Assembly (NCBI GenBank): GCA_043798915.1
Contig: JAZDOG010000045.1
Location: 1-50,182 of the forward strand
Reading direction: 5' to 3'
Origin: Pseudomonadota bacterium
GTDB taxonomy: Bacteria > UBA10199 > 2-02-FULL-44-16 > JAAZCA01
Length of the DNA: 50,182 nucleotides
A program made the position numbers and the translations under genes. The number at the start of each line of letters is the position of its first letter. Position 1 is the stretch's first letter. Below the pieces are notes generated by a model. The model worked only from the letters and a program-made list of their open reading frames with translations, made no database searches and was not told the origin of the DNA. This document shows positions 19,277 through 29,319 of this stretch, one piece after another.

Positions 19277-20656
19277 TTACCCCTTGCCCCTGCGCTTTTT
19301 CGCCCAGCCCTTTATGTTCTTCTGCTCTGCGCGCGTGACGGCGAGCGAATCCGCCGGGACATCCTTTGTGATGACGGAGCCCGCGCCTATTACCGAACCC
19401 CGGCCGATTTTGACCGGCGCGATGAACTGCACGTCGCTCCCCACGAACGCCTCCTCGCCGATCACCGTGAGGTGCTTGGCCTTCCCGTCGTAATTGCAGG
19501 TGATCGTCCCGCAGCCGATGTTCGCCCGCGCCCCTACGGATGCGTCGCCGAGATAGGTGAGGTGGTTGGCCTTGGCGCCGGCCTTGAGTTCGCATTTCTT
19601 GAGTTCGACGAAATTGCCGACGCGCGCCGAGGGACCCACCTTCGAACCGGGCCTTATCCGGGCAAACGGCCCTACGCGCGCGCCATCTGCGACAGCGCTC
19701 TTCTCAATGATGCTCATGGCATTTATGCGCACGCCATCACCCACGACCGCGTCGCGCAGCACCACGCCGTTTTCTATCGTGCAATCGGCCCCGACACGCG
19801 TCTCGCCCAGGAGAAACGAGTACGGCATGATCGTCGTGTCGGCGCCGATCTCAACGCCGGCGTCTATCGTGGTATTGAACTGATCTTCAATCCCCACGCC
19901 GGCAAGCATGTGACGGACGTTGATTCGTTCGCGCATGATCCGCGCCGCGTTTGCCAGATCGACGCGCGTGTTGATGCCGAGAAAATCCTCCGGGGGCCCT
20001 GCGTTGAAGCCGACAGCGCGGAGTCCCTCCCCCACCGCCGCGGCAACGAGATCCGTGAGGTAGAACTCCCCCTTTGCGTTTTTGCATCCCACCCGTTTGA
20101 GCGAGCGGAAGAGCCACGCGCGATCCGCGCATATGATCCCGGAGTTGGCTTCGCAAATCTCCTTCTCCTTTTCCGAGGCGTCCTTGTCCTCCACGATGCG
20201 GATCATCTCGCCGTCCAGGTCGCGCACGATCCTGCCGTAGCTCGACGGATCGCGAAGCGTCATGGTGAGGACGCCGACGACCGCGCCCTTTGACTTGACC
20301 TCCGCGACGAAGGCCTTGAGCGTCTGAGGCCTGATCAGCGGCACGTCGCCGCAGAGCACGAGGACGAGGCCGGAGAAAGAGGCGAGCACACCCGATGCCG
20401 CCTGCACTGCATTGGCCGTGCCAAACGCCTGCCTCTGCACGACATCCCTGACGCCGGCCGACTTGAGGTATTCCCTCAAGTCATCCTGCCCGGGACCGCG
20501 CACCACGAGCACCCTGTCGGCCCCGCATCCCTTTGCAGCGGCTATCGACCAGGAAACGACCGGCCGCCCGGCCAGCGGATACATGACCTTCGACCGTTTC
20601 GACTTCATGCGAGTGCTCTGCCCCGCGGCAAGAATGACGGCTGCCAGTCCGCCCAT
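19277..20656 (-). CDS. glmU: Bifunctional UDP-GlcNAc pyrophosphorylase/glucosamine-1-P acetyltransferase
   Basis: ILAAG..TRMKS, EFYLTD, hexapeptide repeats, GNFVELK, HLTYLGD and ITCNYDG. Confidence 0.97.
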   Translation of the reverse strand: MGGLAAVILAAGQSTRMKSKRSKVMYPLAGRPVVSWSIAAAKGCGADRVLVVRGPGQDDLREYLKSAGVRDVVQRQAFGTANAVQAASGVLASFSGLVLVLCGDVPLIRPQTLKAFVAEVKSKGAVVGVLTMTLRDPSSYGRIVRDLDGEMIRIVEDKDASEKEKEICEANSGIICADRAWLFRSLKRVGCKNAKGEFYLTDLVAAAVGEGLRAVGFNAGPPEDFLGINTRVDLANAARIMRERINVRHMLAGVGIEDQFNTTIDAGVEIGADTTIMPYSFLLGETRVGADCTIENGVVLRDAVVGDGVRINAMSIIEKSAVADGARVGPFARIRPGSKVGPSARVGNFVELKKCELKAGAKANHLTYLGDASVGARANIGCGTITCNYDGKAKHLTVIGEEAFVGSDVQFIAPVKIGRGSVIGAGSVITKDVPADSLAVTRAEQKNIKGWAKKRRGKG

Positions 20657-20718
20657 CCGGACCTCCCGTGTAACATGTTGATATTAAAAGAAAAATTTAG
20701 TGAAGCAAAAGTCGCGAG

Positions 20719-20747
20719 AATATATCCCCCGCCACCCTCAAATACAA
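20719..20747 (-). promoter_or_regulatory. Putative sigma70 promoter of glmU-glmS-pcrA (TTGTAT-17-TATATT)
   Basis: Hexamers at 20742-20747 and 20719-20724 with a 17-bp spacer. A divergent TTGACA lies at 20770-20775. Confidence 0.45.
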
Positions 20748-20838
20748 GCCCATTTTGGGCCTCCGGTTTTTGACAAGCGGCAAAGGCCTGTGGTAGTTGA
20801 TAGCTGCGGTCAAACCGGGGGAGAAAGCGAGGATTAAG

Positions 20839-21456
20839 ATGAAGGAAAAAAGACACTGGCTGTGGCACTTGTGGGATATGCTTCCTGCACCTTCGATCAC
20901 TAACTTCGCTGCGCTCGCCCTCCTGTTCACCGCGATATTCCTGCTCGATCACTTTGGGCAGGGCCTGCGCCCGACGCCTGCCGCAAAATCCAACTCGACC
21001 ATCAACAAGGCCGCATGGAAGGCGCTCACTGGAATCGGAGGAGAAAAAAATGCTCAGATGCCCCCCGTGACCATAACGCCTCCGGCAGCTCCTGCCCCTG
21101 TCGAATTTATGCCTCAACCACCCAAGCAAGAGATCGCACCGGTCGACAACGCGGCGCAAACGGCGAAGGAAGCCGCGGTTGAGACAAAGCCCGGCAAAGA
21201 GGCGAAAGAGGAAAAACCCGTCGCCAAAAGCATCTCCCGCAGGAATCCGGTCAGCCACGCAAAAGTGGCAGCGCTCCCCGATGCGCGCGATATCCCCGTG
21301 GAGGAGTTGGACAGCGAAAACGCCAGACAGGGATATCTGGCAGCGAACCGCGGGAAGTCAAAGACCGGCAAACGGAAAGCGATAATCGAAAAACCAAAGG
21401 CCGAGCCCAGTGCGGCGGCAGATGATTACTTCATCCCCTTTGAAAAGAGGCGCTGA
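20839..21456 (+). CDS. Hypothetical membrane-anchored Pro/Ala/Lys-rich protein
   Basis: RBS GAGGA before ATG 20839, one N-terminal TM helix, and a long low-complexity linker. Ends 8 nt before tldD. Confidence 0.7.
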   Translation: MKEKRHWLWHLWDMLPAPSITNFAALALLFTAIFLLDHFGQGLRPTPAAKSNSTINKAAWKALTGIGGEKNAQMPPVTITPPAAPAPVEFMPQPPKQEIAPVDNAAQTAKEAAVETKPGKEAKEEKPVAKSISRRNPVSHAKVAALPDARDIPVEELDSENARQGYLAANRGKSKTGKRKAIIEKPKAEPSAAADDYFIPFEKRR

Positions 21457-21464
21457 AGCGATCG

Positions 21465-22859
21465 ATGCCCAACGACCTCCCTATCGAAAAGATGATTCAG
21501 ATCGCGAAGCGCTATGGCGCCGACTTCGCCGAGGTCTTCGTCGAAGAGACGCGCCAGACGACCATCGTGTGCGATGACCACAAGCTCGAACGCGCAGCAA
21601 CCTTCGACGATGCGGGAGTCGGCATCCGCGTCCTCAAGGACGGCCGCGCCTCCTACGGTTCCACAAACGACTTCACGCAGCGGGAGCTCTTCGATCTCGC
21701 CAGGCAGGTCGGCCGGGCATCGCGCGCAAAGCGCGCAAGATCGGGGCCGATCGTCCTCTGCGAGCGACGGCCCCAAACGACCGCGACCGTCAGGCAACAC
21801 CCCTTCGGCATCGCGCTGGAGGAAAAATGCGGCGTGGTCGTGAGGGCGAACGACGTCGCCTGGGCAAAAGGGGCGTCGGTCAGACAGGTGAAGGTCATCT
21901 ATCGCGACAACGTGCGCCGCGTCCGGGTGGCCTCCTCCGACGGATCGTGCACAGAGGATGAACAGGTGGACACGCTCTTCGCAGTCCACGTCGTGGCAAA
22001 CAACGGTATCGTCCTTCAGACGGGCTACGAGCCCGAGGCCGGGGCAAAGGGGTTCGAGATCTTCGACGAGGTCCCGCCGGAAGAGATAGCGGAGCTGGCC
22101 TCCGGCCGCGCGATCGCGATGCTCAAGGCCCGTCCGGCCCCGGCCGGAACGATGGCAGTCGTGCTCTCCGCTGAAGCCGGCGGCACGATGATCCACGAGG
22201 CGGTGGGCCATGGCCTCGAAGCGGATCTGGCGCTCGACGGGATGTCCGTATACTCAGGCAAGCTGGGGCAGAAGGTCGCCTCCGATCTCATAACGGTGGT
22301 CGACGACGCAACGCTACCGGGGAGGCGTGGCTCCTTCACGTTCGACGACGAAGGTCTGCCCGCACAGCGCACGCTCCTGATCGATCGCGGCGTGCTCCGA
22401 TCATACCTCACTGATCGCCGAAGTGCCGCACGCCTCGGGCTCCCTTCCACCGGCAACGGACGGCGCCAGAGCTACGAGCATCAGCCGATCGTGAGGATGA
22501 CCAACACGATGATCATGCCCGGGAAGGGCGATCCTGCGCGAATTCTCACCGACACGCCATCGGGCCTCTTCGTGCGCAAGATGGGCGGCGGACAGGTGAA
22601 CACGATCAACGGGGATTTTGTCTTCGAAGTTCAGGAGGGATATCTGATCGAGGGCGGCAAAGCGGGCGAGCCGGTCCGGGGGGCGACGCTCATCGGCAAC
22701 GGCCCCAAAGTCCTCGCTGCGATAGATCGAGTGGGCAACGATCTGGGATTTTCAATCGGGACGTGCGGCAAGGGAGGACAGGAGGCGCCGGTATCCGCAG
22801 GCCAGCCGACGATCAGGATACCGGAGATGGTGGTGGGAGGGACTAGAAATATTTACTAA
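21465..22859 (+). CDS. tldD: TldD-family metalloprotease
   Basis: HEAVGHGLEAD, FDDEG, GNGRR, RMTNT and GTCGK. Confidence 0.93.
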   Translation: MPNDLPIEKMIQIAKRYGADFAEVFVEETRQTTIVCDDHKLERAATFDDAGVGIRVLKDGRASYGSTNDFTQRELFDLARQVGRASRAKRARSGPIVLCERRPQTTATVRQHPFGIALEEKCGVVVRANDVAWAKGASVRQVKVIYRDNVRRVRVASSDGSCTEDEQVDTLFAVHVVANNGIVLQTGYEPEAGAKGFEIFDEVPPEEIAELASGRAIAMLKARPAPAGTMAVVLSAEAGGTMIHEAVGHGLEADLALDGMSVYSGKLGQKVASDLITVVDDATLPGRRGSFTFDDEGLPAQRTLLIDRGVLRSYLTDRRSAARLGLPSTGNGRRQSYEHQPIVRMTNTMIMPGKGDPARILTDTPSGLFVRKMGGGQVNTINGDFVFEVQEGYLIEGGKAGEPVRGATLIGNGPKVLAAIDRVGNDLGFSIGTCGKGGQEAPVSAGQPTIRIPEMVVGGTRNIY

Positions 22860-23553
22860 TTATAAAGCTGAACTGCCGTTCGCCCTTTTTGCCATCGCGG
22901 CGCCAGGAGGCGAAGGTTGCGTCGCAACAGGTGCACTGCGGGAGGATGGCAATGTTGCGCTGAGGCACGCCGGCGCGTTCAAGCAGGAGGCGACAGGCCT
23001 TCCCCAGGTCGACGCGGGCCGGGCCTGCGCGCCAGCCATCCCCTATCGCAAGTGCCTCGAAGGCACGAATGACCTCCACGCCAACTTCATAGCATCCGCC
23101 ACATATGCGCGGGCCTATGGCAGCGGCGCAATCCCCTGGATCGGTCCCGAAGGCATCGCCCATCGCACGGATGGTCTCACCCGCGACATCGAGCGAGGTC
23201 CCCCGCCAGCCGGCATGGACAGCGGCGACGGCGCCGCGCTTCGAGTCGGCGATGAGGATGGGGACGCAATCGGCGCTCCGCACGAAGCAGACGGTGCCGG
23301 GGCAATCCGTGATGAAGGAGTCCCCCTTGAGTGTCCCTTCGGAACCCGCCGCGGGAAGGCGATGGACGCGCCTGCCGTGAATCTGATCGGTCCGAGCGAG
23401 ATATCGTTCCCCTATGCCCATCGCGTCGAGATAGACGGCCGCCGCAACGCCACGCACGCCAAACCCATGCACGGTACCCGGGACAGAGTCGATCAGGCGG
23501 GATCTGACTATCGCGCCAGCTATGGTGTTATCGATATGCATTTGCGCTTGCAC
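22843..23553 (-). CDS. pgeF: PgeF/YfiH (laccase-domain) family protein
   Basis: QIHG, SADCVPIL, HAGWRG, IGPRI..CYEV and CT..FASWRR. The start may be ATG 23541. Confidence 0.9.
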   Translation of the reverse strand: MQAQMHIDNTIAGAIVRSRLIDSVPGTVHGFGVRGVAAAVYLDAMGIGERYLARTDQIHGRRVHRLPAAGSEGTLKGDSFITDCPGTVCFVRSADCVPILIADSKRGAVAAVHAGWRGTSLDVAGETIRAMGDAFGTDPGDCAAAIGPRICGGCYEVGVEVIRAFEALAIGDGWRAGPARVDLGKACRLLLERAGVPQRNIAILPQCTCCDATFASWRRDGKKGERQFSFIISKYF

Positions 23554-23597
23554 TGGGCAGTCGCCTTGCTAAACTGGCCAGCCTCCGTGGGGGCAAT

Positions 23598-23843
23598 ATG
23601 GATTTCAACTTCTTCTTGCAGACGACGGGCCTCTTTCAACCCTTTTCCGGACTTTTCCAGCGCACCCTCCATGCCTTCTTCGAATCGCTGGCGATGCTCC
23701 TCGTGATCCTGGCTGCAGCGATCCCCTGGATAGGTCTTCTTCTCCTCATGTCGTGGCTCTCGCTCAAATTCCTGCGCTGGTGGGTGAGGAAAAAACGCGA
23801 GGCGAAGGCCAAGAAGCTGCCGCCGAACAACGTCCCCCTCTAA
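23598..23843 (+). CDS. Small membrane protein (81 aa)
   Basis: Amphipathic helix, TM segment LLVILAAAIPWIGLLLL, and a basic tail. Fills the gap between pgeF and yitT. Confidence 0.6.
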   Translation: MDFNFFLQTTGLFQPFSGLFQRTLHAFFESLAMLLVILAAAIPWIGLLLLMSWLSLKFLRWWVRKKREAKAKKLPPNNVPL

Positions 23844-24715
23844 ATTGGCACCGCCTTGAATCCCTTTCCCAGCACCTCGTTCACCTCGGCGATTGTGAGA
23901 AATGCCTGCGGATCCGTGCTCTGGACATAGTGCTTCACGCGCGCCAGCTGCGAAAGCAAGACAACGCAGTAGATCACGCGCTGGCGCCTGCCCAGGTACG
24001 CGCCCTCGCCATCGAGAAACGTCACCCCCCTGCCCAGCTTCTTCGTGATCAGGTCAGCTATCTTCTGAGGCTCCGAGCTGATGATGAAGACCGCCCTGCT
24101 CGTATCCAGACCCATCAACACCTTATCGAGGGTCATCGAGGAGACGAACTGCGCGACGATCGTGTAGAGCGCCACGTGAAGGCCGAATATAAGGGCCAGG
24201 ATCGATACGATCAGGGCGTTCGACATGAAGACGACCGTCCCGATCGAGATCGACCATCTCTTTTTCACGGCGGCCGCTATGATATCGACGCCGCCATGCG
24301 AGCTGTTCGCCCTGAAGACGAGCCCTGTTCCACCGCCGGAGAGCGCACCGCCGATGAGGGCCGAGAGCATCTTCTCAGGCGCCCATCCCGTGTGCGCCAT
24401 CCAGGAGGTCCCCCAGAGGCTGAGCGTGAAGGCGGTGAGCCCGACCAGGCTTCCCAGGACGAAGACGCGTCCAACGTATCTAAACCCAAAGATGAAGACC
24501 GGGATGTTGAGCAGGAGGACACAGGTGCCTACGGACACCGGCGAGACATAGGACAGAAGCTGTGAAAGCCCTGAGACGCCGCCCGAGAGGAACTTGTGCG
24601 GCACGAGGAACGCGTTGATCCCCGTGGCGCTGATGAAGGAGCCCGAGGCGATCAGCAAGATGTTCCAGGTCATCGTGCGGAGGTCTATTTTTTCGATGCC
24701 GAGAAGGGTCCTCAT
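23840..24715 (-). CDS. YitT family membrane protein
   Basis: FLSGGVSG, LNIPVF, SSHGGVDII, GRGVT…G.GAY and DPQAF. The start overlaps the upstream stop (TGATG). Confidence 0.9.
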   Translation of the reverse strand: MRTLLGIEKIDLRTMTWNILLIASGSFISATGINAFLVPHKFLSGGVSGLSQLLSYVSPVSVGTCVLLLNIPVFIFGFRYVGRVFVLGSLVGLTAFTLSLWGTSWMAHTGWAPEKMLSALIGGALSGGGTGLVFRANSSHGGVDIIAAAVKKRWSISIGTVVFMSNALIVSILALIFGLHVALYTIVAQFVSSMTLDKVLMGLDTSRAVFIISSEPQKIADLITKKLGRGVTFLDGEGAYLGRRQRVIYCVVLLSQLARVKHYVQSTDPQAFLTIAEVNEVLGKGFKAVPI

Positions 24716-27414
24716 CACGCGCCGATCATGCCATCTTTTTCCCCGGATGACAATGGATGGCGATGTCCCCATTGGAACCACCGGGCGACTGGGGGCGTGA
24801 CCACGATGGCAGCGACAAGGCAGCAAAGGCACCCAAGGGCGAGGATGGCACCAAGGCTCGCCACGCCACGGTGGTGGGCGAGCATCATCGTGCCAAAGCC
24901 GATGCCATTGGCCATGACTGTCATCAAAAGAGCACGGCCGGTGGAGGTCCCCATGGCCGAAAACGAGCGCTCCTGCCGCAGGCGGTGCACGACCTGGACG
25001 CCATAATCGATCCCAGTGCCAATGAGGATCGGGATGGCGAAAAAGTTGGCCATGTTGAACTGAATTCCGAAGATACCCATCGCCCCAAAGAGCAGGAACA
25101 TCCCTGACACGAGCGTGAGGACCGCGAGCGCCGAGGCGCGGAGGGTCCGAAAGTCAAGCCAGACAAGGCAACAAATGACGATGAAAGCGAGCAGCGCCGA
25201 ACGCAGGAAAGTCGTGCGCATGAGCTTTCCGGATTCATGCACTTCGATCGGCGTGCCGATCGCGCCGGAATCGACGCTCCGAATCTCCTCGACGAACCGC
25301 GCGAGCGCCGGCGGGTCCCAGATGTTCTCCCGTGGATAGATATAGAGCGAATAGCGCCCGGAATTCGGGCTCACGAAACGCCCCGCCACGTCCGGCGGCA
25401 GGTCGCCGAGCGCGATGGCATTGGGATGCATTCCGCTCGCCAGGATCTCGAGATTTTTCCTCAGGTCGCCGAAGAATGCCCGCTGCATCCGGCCCAGATT
25501 AGCTAGTTTGTCGTCGCCGGCGCCATCGATCATGTCGACGAGCCGGCGCATCTTTGCGGCGAATTTTCCCAGCTCATCCACGGCGTCGGTGCGGCCGCTG
25601 GTGAAGGCCTGCGCCTCCAGCCGCTCAAGGCCAGACGCCAGACGCCCGAGTTCGAACATGAGCCGGCGTGATTCGACAGCATCACCCACCGGCGTGAAGG
25701 TGAGGCCACCGAAGGCCGGGGCCATCCGCTCGACGATCGCGGCCTTGGACTTTTGGTTCTCTGGGACGATCCGCTCCACGTCGTCGACGCGCCGCACGCT
25801 CGGAAGCGCGCGGAAGGCCTGCGCCTTGTCGTGCGACGCCTGCGGGGTATCGGCGATCGCGCGCGCAAACCAGGTGGTCTCGCTCGATTTTTCGATGATG
25901 AGATGCTCGTATTTGACCGACTCAAGCCCCCGCGCCTGGAGGTTCAAAAGGTTATTGTCGAATCCTATCCGCAGGGCGAACAGGGCGATGGGGGCGACAA
26001 CGATGAAGGCCCCAGCGAAGAGCCAGTTGGGACGCCGGTAGATGTGGCCTAGTCCCGGAAGATCGAACGAGCGCACCTTTTTGAGCCGAGCCGCCGGGAA
26101 AACGCGGTCGTGCAGCACGAGCAGCGCCGGCAACACGACGACCATCGCGACAAAGCAGAGCAAAATACCGGCCGCCGAGATGATGCCGAGCTGCGCTATC
26201 GCCAGAAAGTCCGTCCACAAGAGCGTGAGGAACGCGCCAGCCGTGGTGAGCGCGCTAGTGAGCTGCGCCATCACCGTCGTCATGAGCGTGCGGCGGATCG
26301 CATCAGCCACGACCCCAGTCCGGGCGAGCTCCTCTTCATAGCGCGCAACGATATAGATCGAGTATTCGATGGAGGCGCCTATGAGAAGCAGCGCAAAGAC
26401 GCTCGAGAGAATATTGAGAGTGCCCACCGCGATTGCGATGAACCCGAACGTCCAGGCGATGCCCATCACGAGCGTGGCCACCGCGCACAGCGGCCGCACG
26501 ATGCCGCGGAAGAAGAGGACGAAGACGGCTGCAACGAGGACGAGCGCGAGAATCGTGGCAAAGGTCATGTCCTTGTTGGATGTCTCCATCTCGTCGGCAT
26601 TGAGGACCGGGCGCCCGGTGAGACCGGCGTCGATCCCCGGAAAACCGGCCTTCGTCGCATCGATCGCACTGCGGATCTCGCGGAGCGGCTCTTCGATCAC
26701 CGCCGCCGTCGTGTAGTCCTTCTGCGGCATGATGAGCATGAAGAGCAAACCGCCGTTCTTGAGGAAGCCGTCCGGGTCGAAGCTCTCACCGTCGCCGAAG
26801 AAGAGAGACTGCAGGCGGGAGCGGTATGGATCGCCCTTCTCGATCGCCGCGGTCATGTCGTCCAGAAGCCCGTCGATGAACGTGAAGCCGGTGGAAAGCT
26901 CGGACTCATCGCTTGTCGACACTGGGGCGGCAATGCGGCTTGCCAGCGCCCCGAACATCGGCGCGAAGCCGTCCCACGAGGCTATGTTCTTCGCGGCAAA
27001 CGGCCCCTGCGTGAGCATCATCCCGAGGACCTTGAGCTGATCGGGGGTCAGGTAGAGGAGGAAACTGCGCTCGAGCGCCGGGTTCTCGATCTTCCAGATC
27101 ACCTGCGTGAGGTCGGGCTTCCCCTTGAGGCGCGCGCCCAGCGATTCGAGAAAGAGCTTGGCCTTCGGGAGATCGCTCGACGCATCGACGACGACGTAAA
27201 GATACTCCTCGTCGCCAAACTCCTTCAGAAAATCCATGTAGCGCTTGTGGTAATCGAGTTTCTCGGAGACGAGCTCGTCGAGGTTAGAGTTGAGCCTGAT
27301 ATGTGCCGCTGCGTAGAAGCCAGAGACGATGGCGAGGATCACGGCAACAGCGACGATTTTTTTCGGATGCGCCGTGGCGAGGTGGGCTATGAACTCAAAT
27401 AATCGTTTTCGCAT
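24715..27414 (-). CDS. MMPL/RND transporter (HpnN-like)
   Basis: About 900 aa with two TM blocks separated by large periplasmic loops. Motifs GLTGRPVL..DE, IVARYEEE and GTGIDYGVQVVHR. Confidence 0.88.
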   Translation of the reverse strand: MRKRLFEFIAHLATAHPKKIVAVAVILAIVSGFYAAAHIRLNSNLDELVSEKLDYHKRYMDFLKEFGDEEYLYVVVDASSDLPKAKLFLESLGARLKGKPDLTQVIWKIENPALERSFLLYLTPDQLKVLGMMLTQGPFAAKNIASWDGFAPMFGALASRIAAPVSTSDESELSTGFTFIDGLLDDMTAAIEKGDPYRSRLQSLFFGDGESFDPDGFLKNGGLLFMLIMPQKDYTTAAVIEEPLREIRSAIDATKAGFPGIDAGLTGRPVLNADEMETSNKDMTFATILALVLVAAVFVLFFRGIVRPLCAVATLVMGIAWTFGFIAIAVGTLNILSSVFALLLIGASIEYSIYIVARYEEELARTGVVADAIRRTLMTTVMAQLTSALTTAGAFLTLLWTDFLAIAQLGIISAAGILLCFVAMVVVLPALLVLHDRVFPAARLKKVRSFDLPGLGHIYRRPNWLFAGAFIVVAPIALFALRIGFDNNLLNLQARGLESVKYEHLIIEKSSETTWFARAIADTPQASHDKAQAFRALPSVRRVDDVERIVPENQKSKAAIVERMAPAFGGLTFTPVGDAVESRRLMFELGRLASGLERLEAQAFTSGRTDAVDELGKFAAKMRRLVDMIDGAGDDKLANLGRMQRAFFGDLRKNLEILASGMHPNAIALGDLPPDVAGRFVSPNSGRYSLYIYPRENIWDPPALARFVEEIRSVDSGAIGTPIEVHESGKLMRTTFLRSALLAFIVICCLVWLDFRTLRASALAVLTLVSGMFLLFGAMGIFGIQFNMANFFAIPILIGTGIDYGVQVVHRLRQERSFSAMGTSTGRALLMTVMANGIGFGTMMLAHHRGVASLGAILALGCLCCLVAAIVVTPPVARWFQWGHRHPLSSGEKDGMIGA

Positions 27415-27419
27415 AAATT

Positions 27420-29126
27420 TTAGTTGGCAGTAAGGGCAAAACGCCGGTCGAAATCCCATTTAAGGGCCACTGCCGCAAGCCAGTTGTTCCGATTGTTGCC
27501 GTAGACAAAGCCCAGGTTTCGCGCGCGTTCGTAGCCGGCTGCGACGTGCAAGCGGAGAGTATCATTCAGGCGCCAGTCGACGCCCAGGACGCCGCGGTAG
27601 CGCTGTTCTCGCGGCCCCCAGCTGATTTTGACGACGGGACCGACGGTGCCGTCGGGGTTGGTGAGCTCCGTGTACCCATCTGAACGGCGGTAGTCCCAAG
27701 CGAGCGTGAGGCCGGCCCACAGGCGCGGCGAGACAGTCTGACGCAGCTGGACATAGGCCGCGTCCGCATCGAGGCCGGCGTCCGTGCCCAAAAGCTTCCG
27801 ATCGATCGTGAAGCCATCTGTGAAAAGGCTGTGACGATACTGGAGCGGGCTCGTGCGAACGAACTCAGCCCGCATATCGAGAGATCCCGATGAATTGAGG
27901 GCTGGCAGATAAAATCCCGCCAGATAAGAACAACCCTGATTGAGCGTCTTCCCGATCGAATTCCACCATTTGTCATCTATCGATATCTTCCCATAGAGTT
28001 CAAAACCGCGGAGTCTGGGAATCCTGACGAGGGCATCGATATCGAAAATGTGATTCGTGAGATTGGGAGAATTCCGGGCGACTCCCGCCGGACGGAAACC
28101 GAAGAACTCACCGATGACATCGACGGCGGAAGGCGCGGGCGCACCCTCTCCGCCTATCTGCACGGCGTGGCCAAGTCCCAGTTCGACGTATTTTGCGGGA
28201 GAGAGGCTGACCTTATATCCCATGACCCAGCTCCAGGGGTGGCTGTACTGCGGACCCTGGTTGACACCGTAGAGCGTATACCGCCAGCGCCCGAGGTGTT
28301 TGAAAACCCATGGCAAGCGCGCAGGGGTGGGGTTGGTGACCCAGATGCCGTCGAGCGGCCGCGGGTTCGTCGAAAAAAGGAGACTATCGCGGTCGCCCAA
28401 GCCCCAGAACATCGAGTCCCGGCCAAATTCGACGCTGAAGTTTCCAGCGCGGAAAGTTCCGTTGGCGTTCTGAACCGTGGCCATCGCCGTCATCTCGCCT
28501 GAACGAAAGGTGTTTTCCTCAAAGCGAGGTCTCACCAGGCCCGAAAAAAATCGCCCTGCCCCGAACCAGCTCGTGAATTCCTGCGCCACTTGCATTCCGT
28601 CGGTCGCCTGTCGGCCGAGGTTATAGTCCCCCAACGGATTGATGACGGCATTGATAGGGCCTCGTCCATTGTTTGCGGGAACCGCGATCGAAGGGCTGTC
28701 GAGATATGTGCCGAAGATCGTAAAATCCTTCATGGGATGAATGCGGTATCTCATCCGTTCGCCTTCAACAGCACCCATGTCGACGAGCTCGTCATGAAAC
28801 TCCTCCTTGAGCCTGTCGATCGCTATGGTGATTTGGCGACGGCGCGCCCCCTGGCGAAGGGAACCCTTGAATGAATCGTCACCTGTTTCCTCCTGTTTCG
28901 AGAGATTCGACACGGCCTCGGCAACCATGCGCGCAAATTCCCCGCGCGGCCAGGGGCGCTGGCCTCGGATAGGCGGCTCCACAAGCCCAAAGGCGATGAG
29001 CTTATCGAGATCGCGATAGAGGCCGCTGTCCGGAGGAACGTTGGGGCTAGATCGCTCCCATGCGGATGAAGGGGCGGACAAACAGACAAAAGCCATGCAC
29101 AGGGCTATAAAAAGACATCGTTTCAT
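27420..29126 (-). CDS. wzi: Capsule assembly Wzi family outer-membrane protein
   Basis: Signal peptide, RPWPRGEFARM helical N-domain, FGRDSMFWG…LLFSTNPRP, and beta-barrel-like strands. Confidence 0.82.
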   Translation of the reverse strand: MKRCLFIALCMAFVCLSAPSSAWERSSPNVPPDSGLYRDLDKLIAFGLVEPPIRGQRPWPRGEFARMVAEAVSNLSKQEETGDDSFKGSLRQGARRRQITIAIDRLKEEFHDELVDMGAVEGERMRYRIHPMKDFTIFGTYLDSPSIAVPANNGRGPINAVINPLGDYNLGRQATDGMQVAQEFTSWFGAGRFFSGLVRPRFEENTFRSGEMTAMATVQNANGTFRAGNFSVEFGRDSMFWGLGDRDSLLFSTNPRPLDGIWVTNPTPARLPWVFKHLGRWRYTLYGVNQGPQYSHPWSWVMGYKVSLSPAKYVELGLGHAVQIGGEGAPAPSAVDVIGEFFGFRPAGVARNSPNLTNHIFDIDALVRIPRLRGFELYGKISIDDKWWNSIGKTLNQGCSYLAGFYLPALNSSGSLDMRAEFVRTSPLQYRHSLFTDGFTIDRKLLGTDAGLDADAAYVQLRQTVSPRLWAGLTLAWDYRRSDGYTELTNPDGTVGPVVKISWGPREQRYRGVLGVDWRLNDTLRLHVAAGYERARNLGFVYGNNRNNWLAAVALKWDFDRRFALTAN

Positions 29127-29319
29127 GCAAAGGCCTGTTTGAATACGGGAATTATTCAAATTATTGTCCGGATCAAGATCGGAGCGGAGTGTATACAAAC
29201 GGCATGAAATGACAAGGCCTGGAAAGTTATGTGTCGAGAATGGATTGAAGCTACGGGAAGGAAGCAAAGCGCGTTTTGGAAGGGAGATTGAGGCAAGAGA
29301 TAGGAAAAATCACCGCATG

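Noticed and set aside
29127..29267. Upstream extension of the wzi ORF
   Set aside because: The signal peptide begins at ATG 29126, and the extension covers promoter-like sequence.
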